From positions 118,591-182,590 of the forward strand of contig CAVQGO010000018.1 in assembly GCA_963712045.1 (NCBI GenBank): a stretch of 64,000 nt of DNA, written 5' to 3'. Made by a program: the position numbers and the translations under genes. The notes under the pieces are model-generated. The model ran no database searches and was not told the DNA's origin. It was given only the letters and a program-made list of their open reading frames with translations. This document shows, piece by piece, positions 19,491-31,400 of this stretch. The DNA is from an uncultured Bacteroidota bacterium. Its GTDB lineage: Bacteria; Bacteroidota; Bacteroidia; Chitinophagales; Chitinophagaceae. Numbering within the stretch: the stretch's first letter is position 1; each line of letters begins with the position of its first letter.

Positions 19491-22187
19491 TTGAAAATAA
19501 CACTCATATTCCCTGTTATATTTTTTGTTTTTTCCGCCAGCGCACAGTCTGACTGGAATCAATCCCTTCGTTATGATCTGCATGTAAAATTCAATCCGGC
19601 TGAACATACCGTGGATGCGACGATGAAACTGAAATACGCAAATCACTCACCAGATACCCTGCGTTTTATCTGGTTTCATGTATGGCCCAACGCCTACCGG
19701 AATGACAGAACACTATATAGCGACCAGTTATTGGAAAACGGAGATACCAGATTTTATTTTTCATCAAAAGATAAAAAAGGATACATTAATCACCTGGATT
19801 TCCGGGTGGACGGCACCCGGGCAGTCATTCAGGATCATCCGGAATTTATTGACGTAATAAAATTAATACTGCCCAATCCGCTTTTACCTGGAGACAGCAT
19901 AATCGTTTCTTCCTCTTTCCACTTACAGATTCCGTTTAATTACAATGGCAATGGGTATATAAAACATCATTTTGAATTCAGGAACTGGTATCCCGAACCT
20001 GCAGTGTATGATTCTCATGGCTGGCACCCGATGCCATTTCTTGTTCAGGGAGGTGCCTTTCATGAGACAGCCGATTATTCAGTGGAGATCGAAACAGCCC
20101 CCGGTTATCGCATAGCAGCAGGAACACAGGCCGGGATAAAAGAGATAGCCGACAGTAATTTGTATCAATTTTCATTGAAGAATGCCAATTCATTCGCATG
20201 GATAGCAAGCGATCAGTATTCCTTAAAGACAGATCAGGTCGAAATAGCTTCCGGAGCACCCATCGTTATCCGGTATTATTATGAAGGGAAATATGCTATC
20301 GAGCCAGTCAAAGTCATGGAGGTTGCAAAAAAAGAAATTCAGATATTAAGTGAATGGTTGGGGCCCTTTCCATATCGTTCGGTTAGTATAGCACAGGCAA
20401 CCTGTATGCCGGATCAGGATTTTTCGGGATTGGTTTGCATAGGATTGAATCCCTATAAGAAGGACTGGCAGGAAGCATTGAGAAAAGGTTTACTGGCTCA
20501 GTGGTTTCAGACAATGCTTTTAACGGATCAGAGAAATAAACCCTGGTTTTCGAAGGGATTTATACATTATTATGAGCGACGCCTGATTTATGATGTCTCA
20601 TCCGCCGGACAAATATCTTCGATAAATTCAAAAGATAATCTCTGGTTACGGGTAGCCGAATATGAAAAAACCACCCAGCCTGTAAATACAGCAGCTCCCC
20701 TGTTTAGTACCCAAAATGATTCTCTGATTCCCTCAGACAAAGCAGGATTATGGCTATTGCAATTGCAGGAGACAATGGGGAAAAAACGTTTTGATGAACA
20801 AATGCGCCGGTATATCTCACAGTGGCAATTCAGGCACCCGTACCCGGAAGATTTTAAAAAAAATATGGATTCTGCCAGTGAAATGAATCTCCGGCCTTTT
20901 TTCGATAGATTAAATAGCAACCAATCTTTCTTCCCCGATTCTATCAAACGCACTACTAAGCCGGCATTTATTTTTTCTGTTAAGAACAGTGAGCGATATA
21001 ACTATCTCGGATTGGCGCCTATTCCGGGATACAACCGTTACGATGGTTTTATGTTAGGGGCTTTGATACATAATATTAACCTCCCGGAAAACAGGTTTGA
21101 ATTTCTTTTTACTCCCTTGTATGCTTTTGGTTCAAAAACACTGGAGGGTCTCGGACGAATTAGTTATTCCTGGCATCCGAAAACCAGCTTCAGTAAAATC
21201 AGCATAGGATTAAACGGTGGTCGTTTCGATACCAACAAAGCCACCGACAGCACCGGGAAAACAATATTTGAAAATTTTGTCAAACTGGTGCCCTATATCA
21301 GGCTGGATTTTAAACCATCCAATCCAAGAACGACCGTAAGCAAATGGATGGATTTTAAAACCTATCTGATTAATGAAAAATCGTTCGGCCAGTTTTCCGT
21401 TTCCTCCAAAGATTCTCTCATACATCCGAATTCAGTTAGTACTAATTTCCGTTATGTAAACCAATTAAGCTTTAATCTGCGGGACGGTCGTGCACTTTAC
21501 CCTTATGGTTTTCGGGTGGAGATTCAGCAAAGTGAATTGTTTTACCGCATCAACGTGCATGCTGATTATCTCCTGAACTATCCCGATGGCGGTGGTTTGC
21601 AGGTTCGTTTTTTCGCATCGAAATTTGGCGTATGGAACGAAAATAATAATGCATTTGTTTCCCGCTATGAACCCAAATTATTGGGTGTAGACGGAAATGA
21701 AGATTATTTATATGAAGATTATTTCATCGGCCGTTCAGCCAGCTACGCACTGGAAAACAGTTCAGTTTCGAATGGTGGAATAGCCGCCCAGCAAATCATG
21801 AATCGGGATGGCGGATTAAAATTACGCGTCGACGATTTTGACTATGTACAGGGGAAGTCCGCCAATTGGGTGAGTTCTCTGAATTTTAACACAAGCCTTC
21901 CTGCCGGTCTGTTTCCGATTCCTGTGCCGATCAGAATATTTTTTGATGTAGGGACCTATGCAGAAGCCTGGCAAAATAATCCACTCACCAGCCGGTTCCT
22001 GTATACAGGCGGCATACAGTTAAGTCTGTTTAAAAATTTGTTGAATATATATGCTCCACTGGTTTACAGCAACGATTTCAACGACGCCCTGAGAAACACT
22101 TCATTTGGACGAAAAATTACATTCAGCATCGATATCCAGAATATCAACTATAAAAAAATTATTCGAAAATTGGCGGAACATGACTGA
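19491..22187 (+). CDS. M1 aminopeptidase-like protein with degenerate zinc site and a C-terminal outer-membrane-type domain
   Basis: Signal peptide; N-terminal YxNxSPDTL..IWFHVWPNAY and WYPxPAVYD..GWHPMP of Bacteroidota M1 proteins. The HExxH/E position reads RKGLLAQWF...WFSKG. The C-terminal half is rich in aromatic beta strands. TTG start. Confidence 0.75.
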   Translation: MKITLIFPVIFFVFSASAQSDWNQSLRYDLHVKFNPAEHTVDATMKLKYANHSPDTLRFIWFHVWPNAYRNDRTLYSDQLLENGDTRFYFSSKDKKGYINHLDFRVDGTRAVIQDHPEFIDVIKLILPNPLLPGDSIIVSSSFHLQIPFNYNGNGYIKHHFEFRNWYPEPAVYDSHGWHPMPFLVQGGAFHETADYSVEIETAPGYRIAAGTQAGIKEIADSNLYQFSLKNANSFAWIASDQYSLKTDQVEIASGAPIVIRYYYEGKYAIEPVKVMEVAKKEIQILSEWLGPFPYRSVSIAQATCMPDQDFSGLVCIGLNPYKKDWQEALRKGLLAQWFQTMLLTDQRNKPWFSKGFIHYYERRLIYDVSSAGQISSINSKDNLWLRVAEYEKTTQPVNTAAPLFSTQNDSLIPSDKAGLWLLQLQETMGKKRFDEQMRRYISQWQFRHPYPEDFKKNMDSASEMNLRPFFDRLNSNQSFFPDSIKRTTKPAFIFSVKNSERYNYLGLAPIPGYNRYDGFMLGALIHNINLPENRFEFLFTPLYAFGSKTLEGLGRISYSWHPKTSFSKISIGLNGGRFDTNKATDSTGKTIFENFVKLVPYIRLDFKPSNPRTTVSKWMDFKTYLINEKSFGQFSVSSKDSLIHPNSVSTNFRYVNQLSFNLRDGRALYPYGFRVEIQQSELFYRINVHADYLLNYPDGGGLQVRFFASKFGVWNENNNAFVSRYEPKLLGVDGNEDYLYEDYFIGRSASYALENSSVSNGGIAAQQIMNRDGGLKLRVDDFDYVQGKSANWVSSLNFNTSLPAGLFPIPVPIRIFFDVGTYAEAWQNNPLTSRFLYTGGIQLSLFKNLLNIYAPLVYSNDFNDALRNTSFGRKITFSIDIQNINYKKIIRKLAEHD

Positions 22188-23112
22188 ACCGGTCTCCGAT
22201 ATCAGGTATCTGGAAAGAAACGAAATTGACACCATCAAATGGGACAATTGTATCGTCAATGCATTCAATGGACTTATTTATGCCAGGTCATTCTACCTGG
22301 ATGCAATGGCTGAAAACTGGTCCGCTCTGGTGGCAGGAGACTATCAGTATGTAATGCCACTCACCTGGAATAAAAAAGTAGGCTTAAAGTATTTATATCA
22401 GCCCTATTTTACAAAATCACTGGGGGTATTCGGGAACAGCAGCCATTCATTTGAAATTTCCTCTTTCTTAAATGCAATACCTGAAATGTTCAGATACTGG
22501 GACATAGATCTGAATGAAAATAATTTCGTTTCTACGGATATCAGGAAATTGCGTCAACGTGCCCGCCGGAATCATTTCTTGTCTTTGGTCAACGACTACG
22601 AACATATTAGTCAGCAGTATAAAAGACTGGCAAATCGCATGACGAAAAAAGCCATTGAAGGACAGGTGCAGATTGTCCGTGGCGAAACCCCGGAACTGAT
22701 CATACAGTTATATCAACGGGATTACGCCAATAGGCATAAAAGAATCTCCGGCGCTGTTTATGAAAAATTAACGAGCTGTTCTGCATATGCATTTGATAAC
22801 AATCTGGCAGAAACATATCTGGCAAAATCCCTGTCAGGAGAAACTCTGGCATATTATATGATCCTGAAGGATGAACATTATATATATTCACTGCTCGGTG
22901 GCAGCACGAAAGAGGGAAAGCAAAAAGGGGCATTTTACCTGCTGACTGATGCCATTATCCGGGATCATGCCGGGACAAATAAAATATTTCGTTTTGAAGG
23001 TTCGGATATTCCGGGTATTTCTTTTTTTGACAACTTATTCGGACCCGAAAGAATATCATACCAGCACCTGGTTATGAATAAACTTCCTTTTTTAATCAGG
23101 TTCTTTAAATGA
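22180..23112 (+). CDS. GNAT/FemAB-like acyltransferase-domain protein
   Basis: IRYLERNEIDTIKWDNCI..., LYQPYFTKSLG, FRFEGSDIPGISFF..FG. ATG at 22180 overlaps the upstream stop. Confidence 0.75.
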   Translation: MTEPVSDIRYLERNEIDTIKWDNCIVNAFNGLIYARSFYLDAMAENWSALVAGDYQYVMPLTWNKKVGLKYLYQPYFTKSLGVFGNSSHSFEISSFLNAIPEMFRYWDIDLNENNFVSTDIRKLRQRARRNHFLSLVNDYEHISQQYKRLANRMTKKAIEGQVQIVRGETPELIIQLYQRDYANRHKRISGAVYEKLTSCSAYAFDNNLAETYLAKSLSGETLAYYMILKDEHYIYSLLGGSTKEGKQKGAFYLLTDAIIRDHAGTNKIFRFEGSDIPGISFFDNLFGPERISYQHLVMNKLPFLIRFFK

Positions 23113-23116
23113 TCGC

Positions 23117-24586
23117 ATGAAAAAAGAACGATACTTTCTTTTATTTTTAATCCTGGTATCCGTTACACTGAATTTGCTGAATATACCGACGTCAGAATTG
23201 TTTTCTGATGATAAGGAGATTTTTAAGTATGCCGGACTGGTCATTTATAAAGGAGGTGTCCCCTACCGTGATTTTTTTGATCATAAACCTCCGCTCATTT
23301 ATTTTCTGAATGCCTTTAACTGGTATTTCAATGTCTGGGTTCCCTGGCTTCTGGATACATTTCTTGTTCTCTTTTCTACCCTCCTGTTTTACTGGCTTTG
23401 TAGAAAAAGCAAACTGTCATGGCCATGGTTATTGCCCTTTATTTATAATTTGCTTATCCGATACAGCCTGGTTTCCTTTGGAAACGGTATGACCAGGGAG
23501 TATACAGCCGTGTTCCTGCTCATGTTTTTTTGCGTCATGCAGGGGAACGCCAAATACAAATATTATCTGATGGGGCTGTTAACCGGCCTGTCTTTCTGGA
23601 TGCAGCAGGATTCTATTATTACACTTGTCCCGTTTTTATTTTATTCGTTTTATTCATCTGCGGAATCCCTTCCGGTCAGCCTGAGACAAAAGGCATTGGG
23701 TATGACCGCCGGCTTCATTACGATTTCAATCCCTTTGATTTTATATTTTACTTCGCACCAGTCCTTATCTTATTTATGGGAGGATGCTTTTTTATTCAAT
23801 CTGCATGCGCCCGGGAATCATTCGGGGATTATTGAGAAAATCAGAAACTGTAAACACGCCCTGCACGAAGTGGAATTTGAAATGCCTTTTTATACTGCAC
23901 TGATATTGGGCACTGCCAGTTTGTTTCTGAAAAACAGAAAGCCGGTGTTATTGCGTATGAGCATACTTACGCTGTTCCTGTCCTTTTCTGCTGAACTATT
24001 GTCCGGCAGAATGAAGCCCGGTAATAGTTTTGTATATTATCTTCTGCCCCTGGCCGCCACCATTCCAATCCTTGTTTACGTTGTATTTACCGAAACGCAG
24101 GCTTCCTTTCTTCAGGATAAAAGAGCACAGCTTATTTTCAGTGTAATGCTGGGCACCACTTTGCTTCTGGGAACATTGCGATATGCATCGGGTTTTCGAT
24201 TTTCGGGTAATAGAAATGTCCGTTTTCCCGACACCCCCGGAATGGATTACCTGAAAACGCAATCCTTATCTGATGATCAGCTGTTTGTATTCGACGACTC
24301 GAACTTTATTTATCTCTATAATTATTTTGGTATTCTTTCTCCCTCCCGCTGGATTTATCAGTATTTCTGGAGTTGGAGCGCCGGCTGGGATGCAGATAAT
24401 AAGATTTTCTATTCCATACTTGCGGATCTGCAGGTTCATAAAACCCGGTTTATAGTGGATTGTTCTGAGTCAAGAAACAGTTTCAGAAACAGACCGGCAT
24501 ACGGCGACTGGAAAAAATTTCTGGACGACCATTACACGTTGGTGGCAAAAGATAGTCTAAACAGAAAACTGTGGAGGATCCAGTAA
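23117..24586 (+). CDS. GT-C fold membrane glycosyltransferase (ArnT/PMT-like)
   Basis: Multi-TM protein with PYRDFFDHKPPLIY in the first periplasmic loop. Confidence 0.75.
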   Translation: MKKERYFLLFLILVSVTLNLLNIPTSELFSDDKEIFKYAGLVIYKGGVPYRDFFDHKPPLIYFLNAFNWYFNVWVPWLLDTFLVLFSTLLFYWLCRKSKLSWPWLLPFIYNLLIRYSLVSFGNGMTREYTAVFLLMFFCVMQGNAKYKYYLMGLLTGLSFWMQQDSIITLVPFLFYSFYSSAESLPVSLRQKALGMTAGFITISIPLILYFTSHQSLSYLWEDAFLFNLHAPGNHSGIIEKIRNCKHALHEVEFEMPFYTALILGTASLFLKNRKPVLLRMSILTLFLSFSAELLSGRMKPGNSFVYYLLPLAATIPILVYVVFTETQASFLQDKRAQLIFSVMLGTTLLLGTLRYASGFRFSGNRNVRFPDTPGMDYLKTQSLSDDQLFVFDDSNFIYLYNYFGILSPSRWIYQYFWSWSAGWDADNKIFYSILADLQVHKTRFIVDCSESRNSFRNRPAYGDWKKFLDDHYTLVAKDSLNRKLWRIQ

Positions 24587-25237
24587 TTCTTCGGCGATAG
24601 CAAGATCAAGTGGAGTGGTTATCTTAATATTGTTCGGTTCGCCATCCACCAAATGTACTTCATAACCAGCGGCTTCCACAACGGAAGCATCATCTGTAAA
24701 TTCTTCCAGGTAATTTGTTTCGTAAGCAGGAAGTAAAATCGCACTTTGAAATGTTTGCGGTGTTTGCACCAGTTTTATTTCCGACCTCTTAATGGATTTA
24801 TGTCCGGTTGCATGGACGAGTCTGACACTGTCTTTGGCTTCAACACAGGGAATTGCAGAACCAAATTTCTGAGACTCTTCAAAGCAATGGTGAATCAGGG
24901 AGGGACTGAGTAAACAGCGTACAGCATCATGAATGAAAACAATTGATTCTTCATCTATCAGAGAAAGACCTTTTTGCACCGAATGAAAACGAGTGTCACC
25001 TCCTACGACTGCCCGAATAGGATTGGCCGCATTCATTTCATCACAAACCGCCAGCCCTGTATCGTAATATTCTGCAGGCAAAACAACTATGATGTGTATA
25101 TCCTTATAAGATTTCAGAAATGTATGAAGCGTATACCAAAGTATCGGTTTATTATGAATTAACAGAAACTGCTTAGGCAAAACACTACCCATACGAGTAC
25201 CTGATCCGGCCGCGACAATTACAGCATACTTTTTCAT
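24557..25237 (-). CDS. ispD: 2-C-methyl-D-erythritol 4-phosphate cytidylyltransferase
   Basis: VIVAAGSGTRMG..PKQF, IHDAVR, VQTPQTF, TDDASVVE, NIKITTPLDL. ATG at 25237. Confidence 0.96.
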   Translation of the reverse strand: MKKYAVIVAAGSGTRMGSVLPKQFLLIHNKPILWYTLHTFLKSYKDIHIIVVLPAEYYDTGLAVCDEMNAANPIRAVVGGDTRFHSVQKGLSLIDEESIVFIHDAVRCLLSPSLIHHCFEESQKFGSAIPCVEAKDSVRLVHATGHKSIKRSEIKLVQTPQTFQSAILLPAYETNYLEEFTDDASVVEAAGYEVHLVDGEPNNIKITTPLDLAIAEELLDPPQFSV

Positions 25238-25268
25238 AACGACATTCTCCAGTTTCGAAAACAAACCG

Positions 25269-26276
25269 CTATTTATCTAATAATAAATGCTGACATTCTT
25301 CTAAAAGTCTTGACTTATCAATGGCTACTGTTCCCACCGCCTCGCAAACCAGACCACCCGCCAGATTTGCAATTTCAGCCATCATAGCAGTATTCTTCGT
25401 CAATGTATAAATCAGGGTTGCTACCGCAATCACCGTATCTCCGGCCCCGGATACATCAGCTACATTTCGGATATGGGAAGGTACAATATGGGCATCCTGT
25501 CCATCCTCATAAAACACACCTTTTTCTGATAAAGTGATAAAAGAAATCCGGTGATTCAGATGGGCCTTGAGGCTCCGGTGAATATGAATAAGTGTGTTGT
25601 CATTCACTTCTTCAATCAATAAATTAAGCGCTTCCCTGGCTTCTTTTAAATTGGGTTTGAAAATATCAACTCCTTTGTATTCAAAGAAATGTTTTCTCTT
25701 TGGGTCTGCCGCCGTAATTATCGAATGCTGTTTACACAATGTCAATCACATTCGCGGATTACTTTTTCAGTCAGTACTCCTTTGTTATAATCTTCAAAAA
25801 TGATCGCAGCGGGAGACTGGTCCTGAATAAACCGGTCCACAGAAGCAATCAGTTCCTGTTCCTGGTCGGTCGTCAACGGCAACAGTGTTTCTGAATCCAA
25901 GCCGCATCATCTGCTGGTTGCGGCTGATAACACGCATTTTATTTGTAGTGATCCGGTTGTCAGCATTCAATAAATATCCCGTATCAATTTTTTTTTCGTC
26001 TAATAATCCTGTCAGTATCTGGCCATCATCATCCTTACCCAATACTGAAAAAACAGAAACAGGGGTTCCGAGTGAAGCCAGGTTTAATGCCACGTTACCG
26101 GCACCTCCGATACGATATTCTTTCCGGTCTACTGTTACCACCGGTACGGGCGCTTCCGGAGAAATCCTTTCTACGTTTCCCCACCAGTATGTATCGAGCA
26201 TCATATCACCGATCACACCGATTTTGACGGAAGAAAAGGATTTAAACAGTTCTTTATAGTCTGTAGCAGATGTCAT
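25269..26276 (-). CDS. RfaE/HldE-like PfkB sugar kinase (ADP-heptose kinase domain); three apparent single-base insertions
   Basis: GDMMLDTYWWGNVERISPEAPVPVV, GGAGNVALNL, DVSGAGDTV. Removing one base near 25900 and two near 25740-25755 restores MRLDSE...IFEDYNKGVL...VIDLCKQ...DPK. Confidence 0.85.
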
Positions 26277-26277
26277 A

Positions 26278-27751
26278 TTATGCTGCCTGGTTTTTCCGGT
26301 TGCCGGAATTCGCGATATAATATAATGGAATTCCCAACAGAGCAATGATGAGCCCCGGCCAGGTATATTCAGGTTTATAAATAATCAGCAGAATACAAAA
26401 ACTGGTTCCCATCAGAATATACAGTATGGGTAAAAAAGGATATCCGAATGCCTTATAGGGTCTGGGTAAATCCGGCCTCTTTTTCCTCAGAATAAAAATA
26501 CCCAGAATGGTGAGTACATAAAAAATCACAACCACAAATGAAATCATATCGAGCAGATCGCCATATTTTCCACTCAGGCATAAAACAGAGGCCACTACAA
26601 ACTGCGCCCAGAGCGCCCATTGCGGAACTGAATTTTTATTCAGCTTCCCGGCCTGTCTGAAAAATAGTTTATCCTTTGCCATGGTATAATAAACCCGTGC
26701 ACCCGAAAGGATCAATCCGTTATTACAACCAAATGTCGACACCATGATCAGTAACGCGATGATATATGTCCCGGATTTTCCGAATATTACCTGGGAGGCT
26801 GCCACGGCAATCCGTGTCTTTTTCTGCATGCGCAATACCATCCATCGGAAGCACAGCGACATACATCAGGTTGGCACAAACATAAATTACGGTTACAATC
26901 AGAGTGCCGAGGAAAAGTGAAAGACCAATATTTTTCTGTGGATTTTTTATTTCACCTGCTATAAAAGTTACATTATTCCAGGCATCGCTACTGAAAACAG
27001 ATCCTACCATCGCCGCAGCAATTCCCCCTAATAGCGCAGCACCTCCAATTGAATTGACGTTAAAACCTAAAGATGGATTACAGGCATCTTTCAAAGTGGT
27101 TTTGGTTGCCGTCCAGGCGGTGGACCAGTTGGCATGCCACACTTCCGGATGAAATGCAATGAATCCGGCGATGATAAGTCCAAATAAGGCCAGCAATTTA
27201 GTGGAGGTAAAAATATTCTGAATCCATTTACTTCCTTTAACTCCGCGGGTATTTGTAAAAGTCAAAAAACCGATCAGCAGGATTGAAACAATTTGAGCAT
27301 GGTTAATGCTAAAGTAGGTAGGATTTCCACAGGTATTTACTCCTGTTTGTAAACGAACAGCATATCTGTCATCATTGAAAGAAGGGAAAATATAGGCTGC
27401 ATATTTGGAAAAAGCAACCCCGACCGCAGCGATGGTTCCTGTTTGGATTACTGCAAACAAACTCCAGCCATATAAAAAACTAACCAGTGGATTATATGCT
27501 TCTTTGAGATAAACATACTGACCACCCGCTTTTGGAAACATACCGCTCAGCTCGCCATAACTTACCGCAGCCGTCAACGTCATGAATCCGGTTATCAGCC
27601 ATACTAATATGAGCCATCCGGCTCCTCCAACATTTCTAACTATATCTGCGCTGACAATGAAAATTCCTGAACCGATCATGGATCCCGCAACGATCATGGT
27701 TGCATCCATCAATCCGAGCGTTGGCTTAAAATGAGGACTTTCTGCGGGCAT
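26278..27751 (-). CDS. APC family amino acid permease (one apparent +1 frameshift near 26820)
   Basis: MIVAGSMIGSGIF, PKAGGQYVYL, DAWNNVTFIAGEIKNP, ARVYYTMAKD. Removing one A gives AEKDRIAVAASQ. Confidence 0.9.
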
Positions 27752-27810
27752 AAGATAATTTGACCCGGAAGATAGTAAATCGAATGGAAAACGGAGAATG
27801 ACGGATCAGC

Positions 27811-28404
27811 CTACTTTTTCTTATACGCTGCATTCAGTCCGCCAACGAGATCATCCGTAATATTATTGGCGGTATCCCTTAGATAGATAAAGGAATTGGC
27901 GTCGTAAGAAATGATATAATTATATCCTTTTGTTTTATTGTATTCCTTCAGGTAATCTTCTATTTTCCTCCTGATATCTGTTTTCAAATCCTCGTTATGT
28001 TTCATCAGGGATTCCTGCAGGGTTTGTTTGCGGATCTGGTAATTCTGTTGCATCTGGGCATATTCCTGTTGGGCTTGCTGGCTCTCAGTCTGGGACATGG
28101 TCGGAGCTTTCTTCTGCCACTCTGATATTTTTTTCTGATAACTTTTTTCCATGCTGCTGAGCTCAGCGTTCATTTCATTTTCCTTTCCTTTTACCTGATC
28201 CAGCACATCTTTGAAATACTGATAATGCGCTTCCAGGGAATCCAGGTTGAAATAAGCCATCCGCAAGTTATTACCAGCGGTCTGATTGGAATGATCAGTG
28301 GAAATGACAGCAGGTGCTGGCTGAGGCCTGTGATATACAACATAAAATAAAACGCCTGTCAGCAGTAAGGCCAGCAATCCGGGAACCATTGCTATATTTC
28401 TCAT
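27811..28404 (-). CDS. OmpH/Skp family periplasmic chaperone
   Basis: N-terminal hydrophobic anchor, MAYFNLDSL, Gln/Lys-rich coiled coil, YNKTKGYNYII...DITDDLVGGLN-type C-terminus. Likely ATG at 28404. Confidence 0.8.
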   Translation of the reverse strand: MRNIAMVPGLLALLLTGVLFYVVYHRPQPAPAVISTDHSNQTAGNNLRMAYFNLDSLEAHYQYFKDVLDQVKGKENEMNAELSSMEKSYQKKISEWQKKAPTMSQTESQQAQQEYAQMQQNYQIRKQTLQESLMKHNEDLKTDIRRKIEDYLKEYNKTKGYNYIISYDANSFIYLRDTANNITDDLVGGLNAAYKKK

Positions 28405-28442
28405 ACGAATAAATCTAAATTGAATGTTCAGTATACCAGATA

Positions 28443-28472
28443 TAAAAGTAGGAAGCATTTCTGCTTCCTACT
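28443..28472 (-). terminator. Intrinsic terminator after rpoC
   Basis: AGTAGGAAGCA-TTTC-TGCTTCCTACT perfect 11-bp stem. The plus-strand AAAA gives the U tract on the minus strand. Confidence 0.8.
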
Positions 28473-28496
28473 GCTTATTAATTCTTAAAGTTTACC

Positions 28497-31400
28497 CTAT
28501 TCTTCTTCATCGAACTGCAGGGCTTCCCTTGTGTTTTGGAGTAATTCATATTCCTCCTTGCTTCCCACGATCATGTTTTCAAATTCCCTCAATCCAGTAC
28601 CTGCAGGAATCGGATGTCCGGTGATAACATTCTCTTTCAATCCCATCATATTATCTGTTTTACCCTGAATAGCGGCTGAAGACAATACTTTCGTGGTTTC
28701 CTGGAATGATGCAGCTGAAATCCAGCTCTGTGTTCCCAAGGAAGCCTTGGTAATCCCCAGTAACATGGGTGCTGATGTAGCCGAATGTGCATCTCTGAAT
28801 TCTGCCAGTTTTTTATCATTGCGTCGCAAAATAGAATTTTCTTCCCTTACTTCACGCAAACTAACTATCTGACCGGGTTTCAGTTTGGCTGAATCTCCTG
28901 CATCCGTGATTACTTTCTTATCGAAGATCCAGTCGTTTTCATCGAGAAATTCAATCTTATCAACTGTTTCATCTTCAAGAAAACGGGTATCTCCGGGATC
29001 AACAATATTCAGTTTACGCATCATCTGCCGTACAATCACTTCAATGTGTTTATCATTGATCTTCACACCCTGCAAACGATATACTTCCTGGATTTCATTC
29101 ACAACATATTCCTGTACAGCAAACGGTCCCTTGATGGAAAGAATATCTGCCGGTGCTGTTTGTCCATCGGACAATTGCGCACCTGCTTTAATAAAGTCAC
29201 CATCCTGAGCCAGAATCTGGCGGGTAAGCGGAACAAGATATTTCTTTACAATACCATCTCTGGCTTCCACGATGATTTCACGGTTACCTCTTTTGATATT
29301 ACCGAAAGTCAACAACACCATCAATTTCAGAAACGACGGCCGGATTGCCTGGATTTCTTGCTTCAAACAATTCCGTTACACGTGGAAGACCACCCGTAAT
29401 ATCACGGAGTTTTCCGAGCACACGAGGAATTTTCACAATTACCTGTCCGCCGCGAACTTCTTCGCCTTCTTCCATAATGATATGGCTTCCAACCGGCAGG
29501 TTATAGTTTTTAATTTCTTTGCCACCTTCTACAACGATACCAGGAATTTTCGTTTTGTCTTTTGTATCGATAACTACTTTTTCACGATGACCCGTTTGTT
29601 CGTCGGCTTCTTCGCGGAAAGTAATTCCTTCAATAACGTTTTCAAATTTCAGTTTGCCCGTGATTTCACTAATCACCACGTTGTTGAACGGATCCCATGT
29701 ACAGATCACTTCACCCTTGGTAACCTTCTGTCCGTCTTTTACAGTCAGTGTGGCACCATAAGGAACGTTATTGGTAATCAGCAGGCGATCGTTCTTCACA
29801 TCCATGATTCTTACTTCACCGGTACGTCCGATAACGACTGGCACTTTCGCACCATCATTATTTTCGGCCATCACCGTTCTGAGTCCATCAAACTGTATGG
29901 TACCGTCGAATTTTGCCATCAGAGAAGATTCTACTGAAGCAGAACCGGCAACACCACCCACGTGGAAGGTACGCAGGGTAAGCTGTGTTCCCGGCTCACC
30001 TATCGACTGTGCAGCAATAATACCAACCGCATCACCTTTCTGCGCTGTATATCCGGTAGCAAGGTTCTTACCATAACATTTTACACACACACCACTTTTG
30101 CTTTCGCAAGTAAGTACCGAACGGATTTCTACCGTTTCAATACCTGTTTCTTCAATTCTCTTGGCAACTTCCTCTGTGATTTCGACACCACCTTCCGCAA
30201 TCAGCTGATCCGTAATCGGATCATAAATATCATGCAGGGAAACACGACCCAAAATACGATCGTACAATGGTTCAACGATATCTTCATTATCCTTCAGAGC
30301 GGTGGTTGCAATACCTCTTAATGTTCCGCAATCTTCTTCCTTGATAACCACATCCTGGGCAACATCCACGAGACGACGCGTCAGGTAACCTGCATCCGCC
30401 GTTTTCAGTGCCGTATCCGCAAGACCTTTTCGTGCACCATGCGTAGAGATAAAGTAATCCAATACATTCAGGCCGCCTTTAAAATTAGAAAGGATCGGGT
30501 TCTCAATGATTTCACTTCCTGTAGATCCGGATTTCCTTGGTTTGGCCATCAACCCTCTGATACCTGCCAGCTGTTTGATCTGCTGTTTGGATCCGCGGGC
30601 ACCGGAGTCAAGCATCATGTAAACAGAATTAAAACCCTGCTTATCAGAAGCCAGTTCACGAATCAATGTTTCTGTGATGCGTGTATCTACTCTTGACCAG
30701 ATATCTACAATCTGGTTATATCTTTCGTTATTTGTAATCAGACCCGTATTGTAATTGTCCCACACTTCATCTACTTCCACTTTTGCATTCACCAATAATT
30801 CTTCTTTGGTGTCAGGGATGATCAGGTCATTAATACTAAATGACAATCCACCGCGAAATGCCATGCGGAAACCCAGTGTTTTGATATCATCAAGGAACTT
30901 GGCTGTTTTCGGAACATTGGTCCATTTGATAATATTACCGATGATTTCGCGGAGCGATTTCTTTGTAAGCAACTGGTTTACGAACCCTACTTCGGCCGGC
31001 GTATGCTGATTGAATAGTACGCGACCGACGGTTGTTTCCAACAGCTTTTTTTCCAGTCCGTCATTTTCATTTCTGACATTTACTTTTACCTTGATATAAG
31101 CATGCAAATCAAGCTGACCTTCGTTATATGCGATAATAACCTCTTCCGGACTGTAAAAGGATTTTCCTTCACCCTTTACTTTTTCTGTTGGCGTGGATTT
31201 TTTTCCTTTTGTAATATAATACAATCCCAGTACCATGTCCTGTGAGGGCAGTGTGATGGGTGTACCATTTTGCGGGTTCAGGATGTTATGGCTTGAAAGC
31301 ATCAGTAACTGTGCTTCCAATACGGCTGCACTGCTCAATGGAACATGTACCGCCATCTGGTCACCATCAAAATCCGCGTTGAAGGATGTACATACCAATG

